This document shows, piece after piece, positions 9,247 to 18,580 of a stretch of 64,000 nt of DNA. This DNA comes from Acidimicrobiales bacterium. GTDB lineage: Bacteria > Actinomycetota > Acidimicrobiia > Acidimicrobiales > Bog-793. Made by a program: the position numbers and the translations under genes. A model generated the notes under the pieces. It did no database searches. It saw only the letters and a program-made list of their open reading frames with translations, and was not told the origin of the DNA. Position 1 is the first letter of the stretch. The number at the start of each line of letters is the position of its first letter. The stretch covers positions 5,091-69,090 of the forward strand of contig JBEKLQ010000001.1 in the NCBI GenBank assembly GCA_050010115.1, in the 5' to 3' direction.

Positions 9247-9921
9247 CTACCCGAGGCGGTAGCCGACGCCTCTCAGGGTGGTGAGCGGGAGGTCGGGGCC
9301 GAGTTTCTTGCGGAGCTGGGCGATGTGCACGTCGACGGTTCGCTCGTCGCCGTACCAGCCGCTGCCCCAGGCTCCGTCGAGGAGTTGCTGGCGGCTCAAC
9401 ACGAAGCCCCGATTCGCAGCCAGCCACGCCAGCAGATCGAACTCGCGTGTCGTGAGCTGCACGAGCTGGCCATCGGCACGGACTTCTCTCCGGTCGAGGT
9501 CGATGACGACGTTGCCGATCTCGACGGTCGCCTGCTGGGTGGGGGAACGCTCTGTTCGTCTGAGCACGGCGCGGACGCGGGCCACGAGCTCGCGCGGTGA
9601 GAAGGGCTTCGTGAGGTAGTCGTCAGCGCCGAGCTCTAGCCCGAGGACTCGGTCGATCTCGTCGTCCCGGGCGGTGAGGAACAGCAAGGGGAGGTCGCTC
9701 TCGGCTCTGACAGTGCGACAGACATCGTACCCGTCGCGGTCGCCTGGGAGGCCTATGTCGAGGATCACCATGCGCGGGCGCTCCTGCCGGATGAGCTCGA
9801 GGCCGCGGTCGGCGTCCCCGGCCGTCAACACACGCCAGCCCTCTCGGCGGAGGTACAGGTCGACGAGGTCGGCGATGTTGCCGTCATCCTCGATGACGAT
9901 GATCGTGCCAGTCTCTGTCAC
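9247..9921 (-). CDS. OmpR/PhoB-family response regulator
   Basis: GTG start. Receiver domain IIVIEDDGNIADL...MVILDIGLPGDRDG...KPF. Winged-helix output LTTREFDLLAWLA...RTVDVHIAQLRKKL...LRGVGYRL. Confidence 0.9.
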   Translation of the reverse strand: MTETGTIIVIEDDGNIADLVDLYLRREGWRVLTAGDADRGLELIRQERPRMVILDIGLPGDRDGYDVCRTVRAESDLPLLFLTARDDEIDRVLGLELGADDYLTKPFSPRELVARVRAVLRRTERSPTQQATVEIGNVVIDLDRREVRADGQLVQLTTREFDLLAWLAANRGFVLSRQQLLDGAWGSGWYGDERTVDVHIAQLRKKLGPDLPLTTLRGVGYRLG

Positions 9922-10044
9922 CGCCAGGTCTCCTCGTCTGTCGGGTGCGGTTGTGCCTCAGCCTCGCGCCGGCAAGCCCAGCGAGGCGGGACGATGCCCT
10001 CCTCACTGGGCTCGGGCTCGAGCCGGAGTGCGGTGCGGTCTCGC

Positions 10045-10557
10045 TCAGCTGCTGGCGGAAGACGCCGCCGGGGCTCGCGCCCACACGACGAGGGCATTGC
10101 CGCCGGCACCCTGGGCAAGGACGACGCGGTCACCGGACTTCAGCTGCGACTCCGGGAGACCCGGGAATCTCGTGGACGAGGTGATCGTGGCGCTGACGGT
10201 CGGGCCGTCAGGCCGGACGATCGAGATCGACGTGGACGAGTCCGACTTGAGCGAGCCCTTGTCGATGTCCAGGGTCTTGTAGCCCTGGGCGGTGTCGACG
10301 ATCAAGTTGGCGTGGACGGTGTGGAGAACCAGCCAGATGACGTCCTGGCGAAGCTGGCCCCGGCTCACGTTGGCTCCACCGAGGATCGTCGAGGAGGCGC
10401 TCGCCGCGCTCGCCGTACTCAACTGCGCCGAGGGTGCCGGGGCCGGCGCGGCCGACGGCGTGGTGGCCATGGCGACTCCGCCGGCGGCGAGCGCGATCAC
10501 GACGGCTCCACCGGTCATAGCGAGCAGCCTGGCCTTCAGTGAGTGCTTGGACTGCAT
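10045..10557 (-). CDS. Hypothetical secreted protein, first gene of the RR-HK operon
   Basis: I chose the ATG at 10557 because it is preceded by AGGAGGAGAG. The signal-like N-terminus is MQSKHSLKARLLAMTGGAVVIALAAGGVAMA. No recognisable family motif. Confidence 0.55.
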   Translation of the reverse strand: MQSKHSLKARLLAMTGGAVVIALAAGGVAMATTPSAAPAPAPSAQLSTASAASASSTILGGANVSRGQLRQDVIWLVLHTVHANLIVDTAQGYKTLDIDKGSLKSDSSTSISIVRPDGPTVSATITSSTRFPGLPESQLKSGDRVVLAQGAGGNALVVWARAPAASSASS

Positions 10558-10753
10558 GGTTTCTCTCCTCCTACCTGGCAAGGCCAGGATCGTTCGTTGG
10601 TGATCTCAATTCCAAACCTCTGGCGTGATGTGGTCGTGAGCGAACTGTTAGGGCTGTGTTAGCCGTGGGCGGGAACGAGCCGGTAATCGCCTCACCGTTC
10701 GATCGCCTCCGGCACCGCTTGGGCCGGCCGTCGCCGGGACCCGAGCCGGTACC

Positions 10754-13654
10754 GTGTCGGACGATGCCGTCGGAAACCACGTGATCGCCACCGAGGACCT
10801 TGCCGCCGGCTCCACGTCACTGCTGGTCGGGCTCGATGTCACGTTCGTGCCGGGCGATCCGCCTCGGGCCGGCAGCTACGCCGTGTTCCGGGCGGGCGGC
10901 ACCGAACGTTCTGGTGCCGTCGACGACCAGCTGGCGGCTCTCGGCGAGCTGGGCAGCATCGAGCTCGTCCTTCCGGCCGGCAAGTCCGTTCGCCGGAGGC
11001 GCGTCACCGCCGCCCTCCTGCCCACTGCGACCGCGCTCCCGCTCTTGCTCGACCTCGAAGACACTCCGGCCACGACGTCTTCAGCGAGGATCTGGAGTGC
11101 CGTACTGACCGCAGGCATCGGCTTGATCGCCAGGGGCCGCCTCCATCCGGCCGTGAGCTCGAGCGGTGCCGATACGTGGCGTGCCGGCCCGCTCGACCCT
11201 GCCGACCACCGGCTCGCAGACGAGCTCGGGGCCGCCATGCCGCCGCTCGCGCATGCGGTCCCACTGGCGTCCTCCGGGCCGCTCAGGGTGCACTCGGTGG
11301 AGTGGCTCGTCAGGGCGGCCTGGGACGCACTCGCCGACACGCTGCCGCGGACTTCAGCAGCTGCAACGGCCAGCGGTTCGGCAATGTTCGCCGCTACGGA
11401 GGCGACGCCGGCGACCGGGCTGCGCTCCTGGCTCGCCGAGGCATCTGCCGGTCTCGACGGCGGGGCGAGCTTCGCCCTGCGCATCCAGCTCGGCGATTCC
11501 ATCGAGCCTCAGTCGAGGGGCGCGCTCCAGATCACCAGCACGGCCGATCCGAGCCTCGTCGTGGACGCTGCCGACTTGTTCTCCATGCCGGCGGCCGTGC
11601 TCGCCCGCTTTGGCGCCGACACCGAGCGCGATCTCCTACTGGCGCTCCGCCGCGGCGCAAGAGCCTGGCGACCGATCGGCTCCCTCCTCAGCCAACGTGT
11701 CCCGGATTCGCTCCCGCTCGACGACGACCTGCTCGCCGAGCTCATCCTCGACGGCGCGAGCGAGCTCGAGAGCGCCGGCATCTCGGTGCTGTGGCCGGCC
11801 GAGCTGCTCACCGGCGGGCTTGCCCTCCGGGCGGCTGTCACGCCGGTTCCGGCCGCAGTGGTGGCGGCGGGCTTGGATCTCGGGGCACTGCTCGAGTTCA
11901 GGTTCGAGCTGACCGTCGGCGGCGAGGCACTCAGTGCTGAAGAGATCGACCTGCTTGCCGAAGCAAAGCGCGGCCTGGTCCGGATCCGAGGTCGCTTCAT
12001 CGCCGTAGATGCCGCCATGATCGCCAAGGCCCAGGCGCGCCAGGCGCGGCGGATCACGGCAGCCGAAGCCCTCGGCGCGTTGCTCGGCGGGAAGCTGGAG
12101 GTTGACGGTGAGCTCGTCGACGTCGTCACCGACGGTCCGGTAGCCGAACTGGCCGACCGGCTCCGGGGCCTGTCGGCGGGCGCACTGGAGGGACTCTCGC
12201 CACCCGAAGGTCTCATCGCCGAGCTGAGGCCGTACCAGATGCGCGGCGTGACCTGGCTCGTGGGCATGTGCGAGCTCGGCCTCGGCGGCTGCCTCGCCGA
12301 CGACATGGGGCTCGGCAAGACGGTCCAAGTGATCGCTCTCCACCTGCACCGCCACGGCGAATCGGCTCGAGGTCGAGGCGGCGAACGAGACGCGCCTACC
12401 CCGACGCTCGTCGTCTGCCCGACGTCGCTGCTCGGCAACTGGGAGCGTGAGCTGCAGAAGTTCGCCCCCACGGTGCCGGTGCGCCGCTTCCACGGTGGAG
12501 ACCGTCATCTCGACGATCTCGCCACCGGCGAGGTCGTGCTCACCACGTACGGCATCTTGAGGAGGGAGAGGGTGGCGCTGGGGGAGGCGGGTTTTGAGCT
12601 GGTGGTCGCCGACGAGGCACAACACGCGAAGAACCCGCTCTCCGATACGGCGAAGGCGCTTCGTTCCGTGCCCGCCCAGGCGAGGGTCGCCCTCACCGGG
12701 ACGCCGGTCGAGAACCGGCTGACCGAGCTGTGGTCGATCCTCGACTGGACGACGCCGGGGCTCCTCGGGCCGCTCGAGCGCTTCCGGCGGACCGTCGCCG
12801 TCGCAATCGAGCGCAACCGTGACGCCGAGGCGACCGATCGCTTGTCGAACGCCGTTCGGCCCTTCGTGCTTCGCCGGCGCAAGACCGATCCGGCGATCGC
12901 GCCGGACCTCCCCGAACGAACCGTTACGGACCTCGCCGTGCCGCTCACGACCGAGCAGGTCTCGCTCTACGAGGCCGAGGTCCGCGAGGCGCTCGAGGCG
13001 ATCGCCAAGAAGGACGGGATCGCTCGCCAGGGCCTAGTGCTCCGTCTGCTCACCGTGCTGAAGCAGATCTGCAACCACCCGGCTCAGTACCTGCATCAGC
13101 CGGGGCCACTGCCGGGCCGCTCGGGCAAGCTGGTTGCCCTGGAGGAATTGCTCGACGTCATCGTGGGGGCCGGCGACTCGGTCCTCGTCTTCAGCCAATT
13201 CGTGGAGATGTGCTCCCTCATCGAGGCCCACCTCGCCACGCTCCGGATCCCGACGCTGTTCCTCCACGGCGGCGTGCCAGCCCGCAAGCGTGACGAGATG
13301 GTGGCGAACTTCCAGGCCGGCGCCGTCCCGGTGTTCCTCCTGTCGCTCAAAGCCGGCGGCGTCGGCCTCAACCTCACGCAGGCGACGCACGTCATCCACT
13401 ACGACCGCTGGTGGAACCCTGCCGTCGAGGACCAGGCGAGCGACCGGGCGCACCGCATAGGCCAGCGGCGAGCGGTGCAGATCCACCGGCTCGTGTGCGA
13501 AGGCACCCTCGAGGACCGGATCGCCGCGCTCCTCGAAGCCAAGCGTTCCCTCGCCGAATCCGTCGTCGGCCAAGGTGAGGCGTGGATCGGCGACCTGAGC
13601 GACGCGGAGCTGGCGGCGCTCGTGCGTCTCGGGACCGCCGGCGGTGACCCATGA
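10754..13654 (+). CDS. SNF2/RAD54-family helicase-like ATPase with a roughly 480-aa uncharacterised N-terminal region
   Basis: LRPYQMRGVTWL, LADDMGLGKT, DEAQHAKN, LTGTPVENRLTELWSILDW, VLVFSQF, LSLKAGGVGLNLTQATHVIHYDRWWNPAVEDQASDRAHRIGQ. Confidence 0.88.
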   Translation: MSDDAVGNHVIATEDLAAGSTSLLVGLDVTFVPGDPPRAGSYAVFRAGGTERSGAVDDQLAALGELGSIELVLPAGKSVRRRRVTAALLPTATALPLLLDLEDTPATTSSARIWSAVLTAGIGLIARGRLHPAVSSSGADTWRAGPLDPADHRLADELGAAMPPLAHAVPLASSGPLRVHSVEWLVRAAWDALADTLPRTSAAATASGSAMFAATEATPATGLRSWLAEASAGLDGGASFALRIQLGDSIEPQSRGALQITSTADPSLVVDAADLFSMPAAVLARFGADTERDLLLALRRGARAWRPIGSLLSQRVPDSLPLDDDLLAELILDGASELESAGISVLWPAELLTGGLALRAAVTPVPAAVVAAGLDLGALLEFRFELTVGGEALSAEEIDLLAEAKRGLVRIRGRFIAVDAAMIAKAQARQARRITAAEALGALLGGKLEVDGELVDVVTDGPVAELADRLRGLSAGALEGLSPPEGLIAELRPYQMRGVTWLVGMCELGLGGCLADDMGLGKTVQVIALHLHRHGESARGRGGERDAPTPTLVVCPTSLLGNWERELQKFAPTVPVRRFHGGDRHLDDLATGEVVLTTYGILRRERVALGEAGFELVVADEAQHAKNPLSDTAKALRSVPAQARVALTGTPVENRLTELWSILDWTTPGLLGPLERFRRTVAVAIERNRDAEATDRLSNAVRPFVLRRRKTDPAIAPDLPERTVTDLAVPLTTEQVSLYEAEVREALEAIAKKDGIARQGLVLRLLTVLKQICNHPAQYLHQPGPLPGRSGKLVALEELLDVIVGAGDSVLVFSQFVEMCSLIEAHLATLRIPTLFLHGGVPARKRDEMVANFQAGAVPVFLLSLKAGGVGLNLTQATHVIHYDRWWNPAVEDQASDRAHRIGQRRAVQIHRLVCEGTLEDRIAALLEAKRSLAESVVGQGEAWIGDLSDAELAALVRLGTAGGDP

Positions 13655-14973
13655 GCTGGTACCCGCCCAAGCCCAAGCGCCGGCCCGGCTCCGGTCCTTG
13701 GCGCTCTGCCGGCAAACGCCCGTTTGGCGCCACCTGGTGGGGCAAAGCGTGGGTGGACGCACTCGAGCAGCGTGCCCGGCTCGATCCGAACCGGCTGCCG
13801 CGAGGCCGTACCTATGCCCGGACTGGCGCAGTCGGCGACCTTGAGATCGGGCTCGGACAGATCGTGGCTGCCGTGCAGGGCTCCCGGGCCAAGCCGTACA
13901 AGGTGACCGTGAGGGTGCGGGCGTACACCCCGCAGGAGTGGGAGCGGACCCTGGCGGCGCTCGCGAGCCAGGTGGGGCACCTCGCCGCCTTGCTCGACGG
14001 GGAGCTGCCGCCCGGCGTCGCTGACGACCTCGCCGCCGCCGGGCTCGACCTGTTGCCGGTGGCGGGCGAGGTGCAGCCGCGCTGCTCGTGCCCGGACTGG
14101 GCCGAGCCGTGCAAGCACTCGGCGGCCGTGTGCTACCTCGTGGCGGACACTCTCGATGCCGACCCGTTCCAGCTCTTCGTGTTGCGAGGAAAGGAGCGTG
14201 AGTCGCTGCTGGCTGGCCTTCGCGCTCGCCGAGCGGCGGCGATCGCGGCCAATGCGGCAGCACCCGGCGCGTCCGGAACCGCTGGCCGTGTGAGTGGCGG
14301 GGGTATCGAACCGGACGTTTCGGCGTCGTGGGGGCAGGATGCCGGCGTGGGCGCCAAGCAGGCCTGGGAGCGGTGGGCTGCGAGCCACTCCGACGGGCTG
14401 CAGAGCCAGCTTCATCCGACGATCCCGGCAGTCCCCCTTCCGCCGGCCAAGCCGGGACGGCCGACCGTCCTGGCGACCGATCCGCCGGAAGGATCGGGGC
14501 TCACCGCGGACGCGCTGCTGGGCCTCGCCGCCGACGCCGTACAACGCGCTTGGGAGATCGCCCACGGCGAGCGGAGCACCGGGCTCGAACTGAGCGCCGG
14601 TCAGGACCTCGCCCGGCGGGCTGCAGCGACGCTGGCGCACGGCTCGACCACTCACGACCTGCCTGAGCTCGCCCGCGCCGCCGGCATCCCAGCCCGCGAG
14701 CTCTTGCGGCAGGCGCTCGCCTGGCGGGACGGCGGACCGGAGGGCTTGGCGGTGCTGCTCGAGACCTGGGACCCACCGGCCGCAGCCATGGCGGGCGCCC
14801 GCGACCTGCTCGGCCAGCCCGCGACCATCCGCCGCAACCGGGCCACGATCGAGGATCGCCAGCTACGGTTGGGCCGGGACGGGCGTTGGTACCCGTACCG
14901 CCGCGCAGGTCGGGCTGGCTCGGCTTGGGACCCTGATGGCCTCCCGATCGACGAGGGCGATCACGACCGGTGA
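13651..14973 (+). CDS. SWIM zinc-finger domain protein
   Basis: The ATG overlaps the SNF2 stop (ATGA). The SWIM signature is CSCPDWAEPCKHSAAVCY (C-x-C-xn-C-x-H). Confidence 0.8.
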   Translation: MSWYPPKPKRRPGSGPWRSAGKRPFGATWWGKAWVDALEQRARLDPNRLPRGRTYARTGAVGDLEIGLGQIVAAVQGSRAKPYKVTVRVRAYTPQEWERTLAALASQVGHLAALLDGELPPGVADDLAAAGLDLLPVAGEVQPRCSCPDWAEPCKHSAAVCYLVADTLDADPFQLFVLRGKERESLLAGLRARRAAAIAANAAAPGASGTAGRVSGGGIEPDVSASWGQDAGVGAKQAWERWAASHSDGLQSQLHPTIPAVPLPPAKPGRPTVLATDPPEGSGLTADALLGLAADAVQRAWEIAHGERSTGLELSAGQDLARRAAATLAHGSTTHDLPELARAAGIPARELLRQALAWRDGGPEGLAVLLETWDPPAAAMAGARDLLGQPATIRRNRATIEDRQLRLGRDGRWYPYRRAGRAGSAWDPDGLPIDEGDHDR

Positions 14974-14976
14974 GGT

Positions 14977-16407
14977 TCAGCCTCGCAGTGAGCGCCTGAC
15001 CTCGAGCTTCTTCGAGACCCCAGCTGCGCCTTTGTACAGCAGCTCTGCCGGCCCCAGCTCGTCGGGCCGGCAGAGGTTCGCCATGACCCGGAGAACCGTC
15101 GACATGAGCGGCTTGGAGTACATCCCGGCGCCGACCATCCCACGCATGAGCGTCGGGTTGCCGATCACCTTCACAAAACCTCGCGCCACCGCGTAGTACC
15201 GCCCGTACTCGGATTGCAGCCGCTGCTCGTAGGCCTCGAGGGTGTATCGGTCCGGCCGCTCCAAGACGTTGGCGATTGTGTCGGCAGCAAATCGCCCCGT
15301 CTCGTAGCCATAGGCGATTCCCTCGCCGTTGAAGGGGTTGATGGCACCGATGGCGTCGCCCGTCATCACGAAGTCGCCGCCCACCCGGGGGCCTACAGCC
15401 AGCCCCATCGGCAGCCGGCCACCCGTCGGGACGCTGCAGGCGGTCGAGGGGGAGATGCACCAGGACTTCGGGGCGAAGTCGACGAACTGCTCCAGCAACT
15501 TGGTCGTGTTGAGGCCCTTCCAGCGCTCCGTCGTGGACAGCAGGCCGATACCGACGTTCACCCGCCCGTCGCCGAGGGGGAAGATCCAGCCGTAGCCGGG
15601 CACGACGTTGCCCTCGCGGTCACGGATGTCGAGGTGGGACTCGATGAACGCGTCGTCGTGGCGCGGTGACCGGAAGTAGCCCCGGATCGCCATGCCTTGG
15701 GGGTAGGACTTGTTCCTCGAGGCGCCGAGCGCCCGCCCGAACCGGGACAGCGAACCGTCGGCCACGATGACGTACTTCGCGTGGACCTCGGTGCGGGTGC
15801 CCCGGTCCTTGTCGACGACGATGGCGCCGCCGGCGCGGCGGGTGGTCGTGCCGGTCGCGCCGGCGGGGCCGTCTGCGGTCCCGCCGGCGGTGCCGTCTGC
15901 GGTGCCGTCTGCGGAACCGTCTGCGGGCCTGGTCTCCAGCGGGGCGACCGCTTCGGCTCCCTGCCAGACAGTGGCACCCGCCTTCTCGGCCTGCTCGCAG
16001 ACGAGCCCGTCGAGATCGAACCGGGTCACCGTGTACCCGTAGGACGGGTAGTCGGGGTGCGCGGGCCACGACATCTCGAACTCCCGGCCGAACGCGACCG
16101 AGCGGAGGCCGGTGTGCCGGTGACGGCCGGCGAGCGCGCTCTCCAGGCCCATGTCCTGGAGCTGGCGGACCGACCTCGGGGTCAGGCCGTCGCCGCAGGT
16201 CTTCTCGCGGGGGAAGTGCTTCTTCTCGATGCACAGGACGTCGACGCCACGGTCCGCGAGCCAGTACGCCGCTGCCGAGCCGCTCGGGCCGCCGCCAACC
16301 ACGAGGACGTCGCAGCGGTGCTCGGCGGGGCGGGGTGGGTGGAGTCCTTCGGGCTTCGCCACAACTCGAATATTAGGGGAGCGAGGCGGGGGATCCGGGC
16401 TCGCCAC
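14977..16407 (-). CDS. Geranylgeranyl-reductase-family FAD-dependent oxidoreductase (prenyl/menaquinone side-chain reductase type)
   Basis: FAD fingerprint DVLVVGGGPSGSAAAYWLA plus FPREKTCGDGLTPR and GDAIGAINPFNGEGI. The exact start is uncertain. The gene contains an (ADGT)n insert. Confidence 0.78.
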   Translation of the reverse strand: MASPDPPPRSPNIRVVAKPEGLHPPRPAEHRCDVLVVGGGPSGSAAAYWLADRGVDVLCIEKKHFPREKTCGDGLTPRSVRQLQDMGLESALAGRHRHTGLRSVAFGREFEMSWPAHPDYPSYGYTVTRFDLDGLVCEQAEKAGATVWQGAEAVAPLETRPADGSADGTADGTAGGTADGPAGATGTTTRRAGGAIVVDKDRGTRTEVHAKYVIVADGSLSRFGRALGASRNKSYPQGMAIRGYFRSPRHDDAFIESHLDIRDREGNVVPGYGWIFPLGDGRVNVGIGLLSTTERWKGLNTTKLLEQFVDFAPKSWCISPSTACSVPTGGRLPMGLAVGPRVGGDFVMTGDAIGAINPFNGEGIAYGYETGRFAADTIANVLERPDRYTLEAYEQRLQSEYGRYYAVARGFVKVIGNPTLMRGMVGAGMYSKPLMSTVLRVMANLCRPDELGPAELLYKGAAGVSKKLEVRRSLRG

Positions 16408-16481
16408 GGGAGCAGGCCGACCGCGTAGTGTGGCCGGTGCTCGGCACGCGCTGAGCGAAGGAGGAGCGAAGGAGCCGGGAC

Positions 16482-18518
16482 ATGGCCGCGCTTTCGAGCA
16501 ACCACTCCGGCGGAGGGCAGGACCGCCGCCCGACGAGACACGCCGCCGGCAGGCTCAAGGGCGGGCTCACCATCGGGCTGAGCGTCGCGACGCTCATGGC
16601 GACGGCGGCACCGGCGGGGGCGGCGAGCACCTGGTCGGTGACCGCCATCTCGCCCGCGCCCCCCTACGCGCTGAGGAGCGAGATCGCCGGGATCTCATGC
16701 CCGTCGCCGGCGCTGTGCGTGGCGGTCACCCAGAACGGTGAGATCCTGACGTCGACCGACCCGACCTCGAGCGGCACCTGGGAAGCGGCGCATGTCGATG
16801 GCAACCGTAGCTTCGACGCCGTGTCGTGCCCGTCGACGAAGCTGTGCGTGGCCGTGGACGATCACGGCAGCGTCGCCACCTCCACCAGCCCGGTGGCTGG
16901 AGCTTGGGTGCTCGCGGCCGACGGTTTCGTCGGAACCGCGATCTCGTGCCCGACCACGAAGCTGTGCGTGGCGGGGGCCGGCGGGTCGATCTACACGTCG
17001 GCGGCGCCGGCGGGCGGCCCGAGCGCCTGGTCGGGGGTAGCCGTCGACGGCCCGCGGTACATCGCCTCGTTGTCCTGCCCATCGAAGTCGCTGTGCGTAG
17101 CGGGTGACGACGACGGCAACGTGCTCGATTCGGTGGATCCGGAGGCGGGGGAGTGGTCGGTCACGCCGGTCGACGGGACTGACCCCGTGACGGCGATGTC
17201 CTGCCTGGCCAGCTCGCGTTGCACCGGGACGGATCTGAACGGCGACGTGCTGACCTCCACGGCTCCCACCGGCGGGACGAGCGCCTGGACGGTCACGCAG
17301 GTCGACACGTCCGGCGGGCACGCAGTGGCGCTCGAATCGATGGCGTGCCCCACCAAGACACTGTGCGTAGCCGGCGACGTCGAGGGCGACGTGGTGACGT
17401 CGGCGCACCCATGGGCGACCAAGCCCGCCTGGGTGGTCACTGACCTCGGGGTGGCGCCCATCTACTCGATCGCCTGCGCATCCGCGACCGCATGCGCCGG
17501 CGGCGACGCCGCCGGGGACGTCGTGGCGTCGGCCAGCCCGGCCGGAGGATCGAGCGCCTGGGTCGTCACGACAGGAACCGACGACACGTACCCGATCGAT
17601 GCGATGTCGTGCGCCAAGGCGACGCTGTGCGCCGGGGTCGACTGGTTCGGGGACGTCATCACCTCGATCAACCCGACCGGCGGCGCCGGCGCCTGGACCG
17701 TCCGCAGCATCGATGTCCATTCTGGCGAGTACTACGAGCTCACCGGCGTCTCCTGCCCGGCGTCGACCCTGTGCGTGGCGGTGGACGCGCTCGGCGAAGC
17801 GCTCACCTCGACCGCTCCGGCGGATGCGGCGCAGCCGTGGTCAACCGTCGGCATCGCCGAGGGGCGGACACTCACCGGGATCTCCTGCCCGTCGAAGCGA
17901 CTCTGCGTCGCCGTCGACGGTGACGGCGACATCGTCACTTCGACGAACCCGGCGGCGGGGTCGAAAGCCAAGTGGGTCATGGACGACTTCGTCGACCCGG
18001 CCGGCGATATCGCGGCCATCTCCTGCGCCAGCCCGACGATGTGCGTCGCCGTTGACTACCGCGGCGATGTGCTGACCTCGAGCGACCCGACCGGCGGAGC
18101 CAGCGCCTGGGTGGTGGCCACGGGTGCCGATACGAGCGCGCTCGACTCGGTGTCGTGCCCGAGCACCAAGCTGTGCGTGGCCGCGGACGCCGATGGCGGC
18201 GTGATCACGTCCACCGACCCGACCGGCGGCGCCGGCGAATGGGCCCGGACGGACGTGGACGGCGACAACTACCTGTTCACCGTCTCCTGTGCCGGCGCCA
18301 AAGCGTGCACCGCCGGTGACGACGAGGGTGATGTCGTGACCTCGGCCGACCCCGTGGGCGGCTCAGGCGCGTGGACGGCGACAAACGTCGACGGCAACAA
18401 TTGGGTGCTGGGCCTGTCGTGCCCGACCTCCACGATGTGCGCGGGCGGCGACAATGCCTACGACGTGTTGACGAGCTCGTCAGCTGCCGCGCTCCGAGCA
18501 GCCGGGAACCGGGCCTGA
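16482..18518 (+). CDS. Exported repeat protein with 14 tandem ~45-aa Cys-pair repeats (beta-propeller-like); family not recognised
   Basis: AAGGAG lies 8 nt upstream of the ATG. The signal-like segment is RLKGGLTIGLSVATLMATAAPAGAAS. There are 14 units of the form xSCPxxxLCVAxDxxGxVxTSxxPxGGxxAW. Confidence 0.7.
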   Translation: MAALSSNHSGGGQDRRPTRHAAGRLKGGLTIGLSVATLMATAAPAGAASTWSVTAISPAPPYALRSEIAGISCPSPALCVAVTQNGEILTSTDPTSSGTWEAAHVDGNRSFDAVSCPSTKLCVAVDDHGSVATSTSPVAGAWVLAADGFVGTAISCPTTKLCVAGAGGSIYTSAAPAGGPSAWSGVAVDGPRYIASLSCPSKSLCVAGDDDGNVLDSVDPEAGEWSVTPVDGTDPVTAMSCLASSRCTGTDLNGDVLTSTAPTGGTSAWTVTQVDTSGGHAVALESMACPTKTLCVAGDVEGDVVTSAHPWATKPAWVVTDLGVAPIYSIACASATACAGGDAAGDVVASASPAGGSSAWVVTTGTDDTYPIDAMSCAKATLCAGVDWFGDVITSINPTGGAGAWTVRSIDVHSGEYYELTGVSCPASTLCVAVDALGEALTSTAPADAAQPWSTVGIAEGRTLTGISCPSKRLCVAVDGDGDIVTSTNPAAGSKAKWVMDDFVDPAGDIAAISCASPTMCVAVDYRGDVLTSSDPTGGASAWVVATGADTSALDSVSCPSTKLCVAADADGGVITSTDPTGGAGEWARTDVDGDNYLFTVSCAGAKACTAGDDEGDVVTSADPVGGSGAWTATNVDGNNWVLGLSCPTSTMCAGGDNAYDVLTSSSAAALRAAGNRA

Positions 18519-18580
18519 CCGAAGAAACCCCGCCTCTGATGTGACCGGCCGCGAAGGCGCGTGGTAGAACCGACCGCGCC

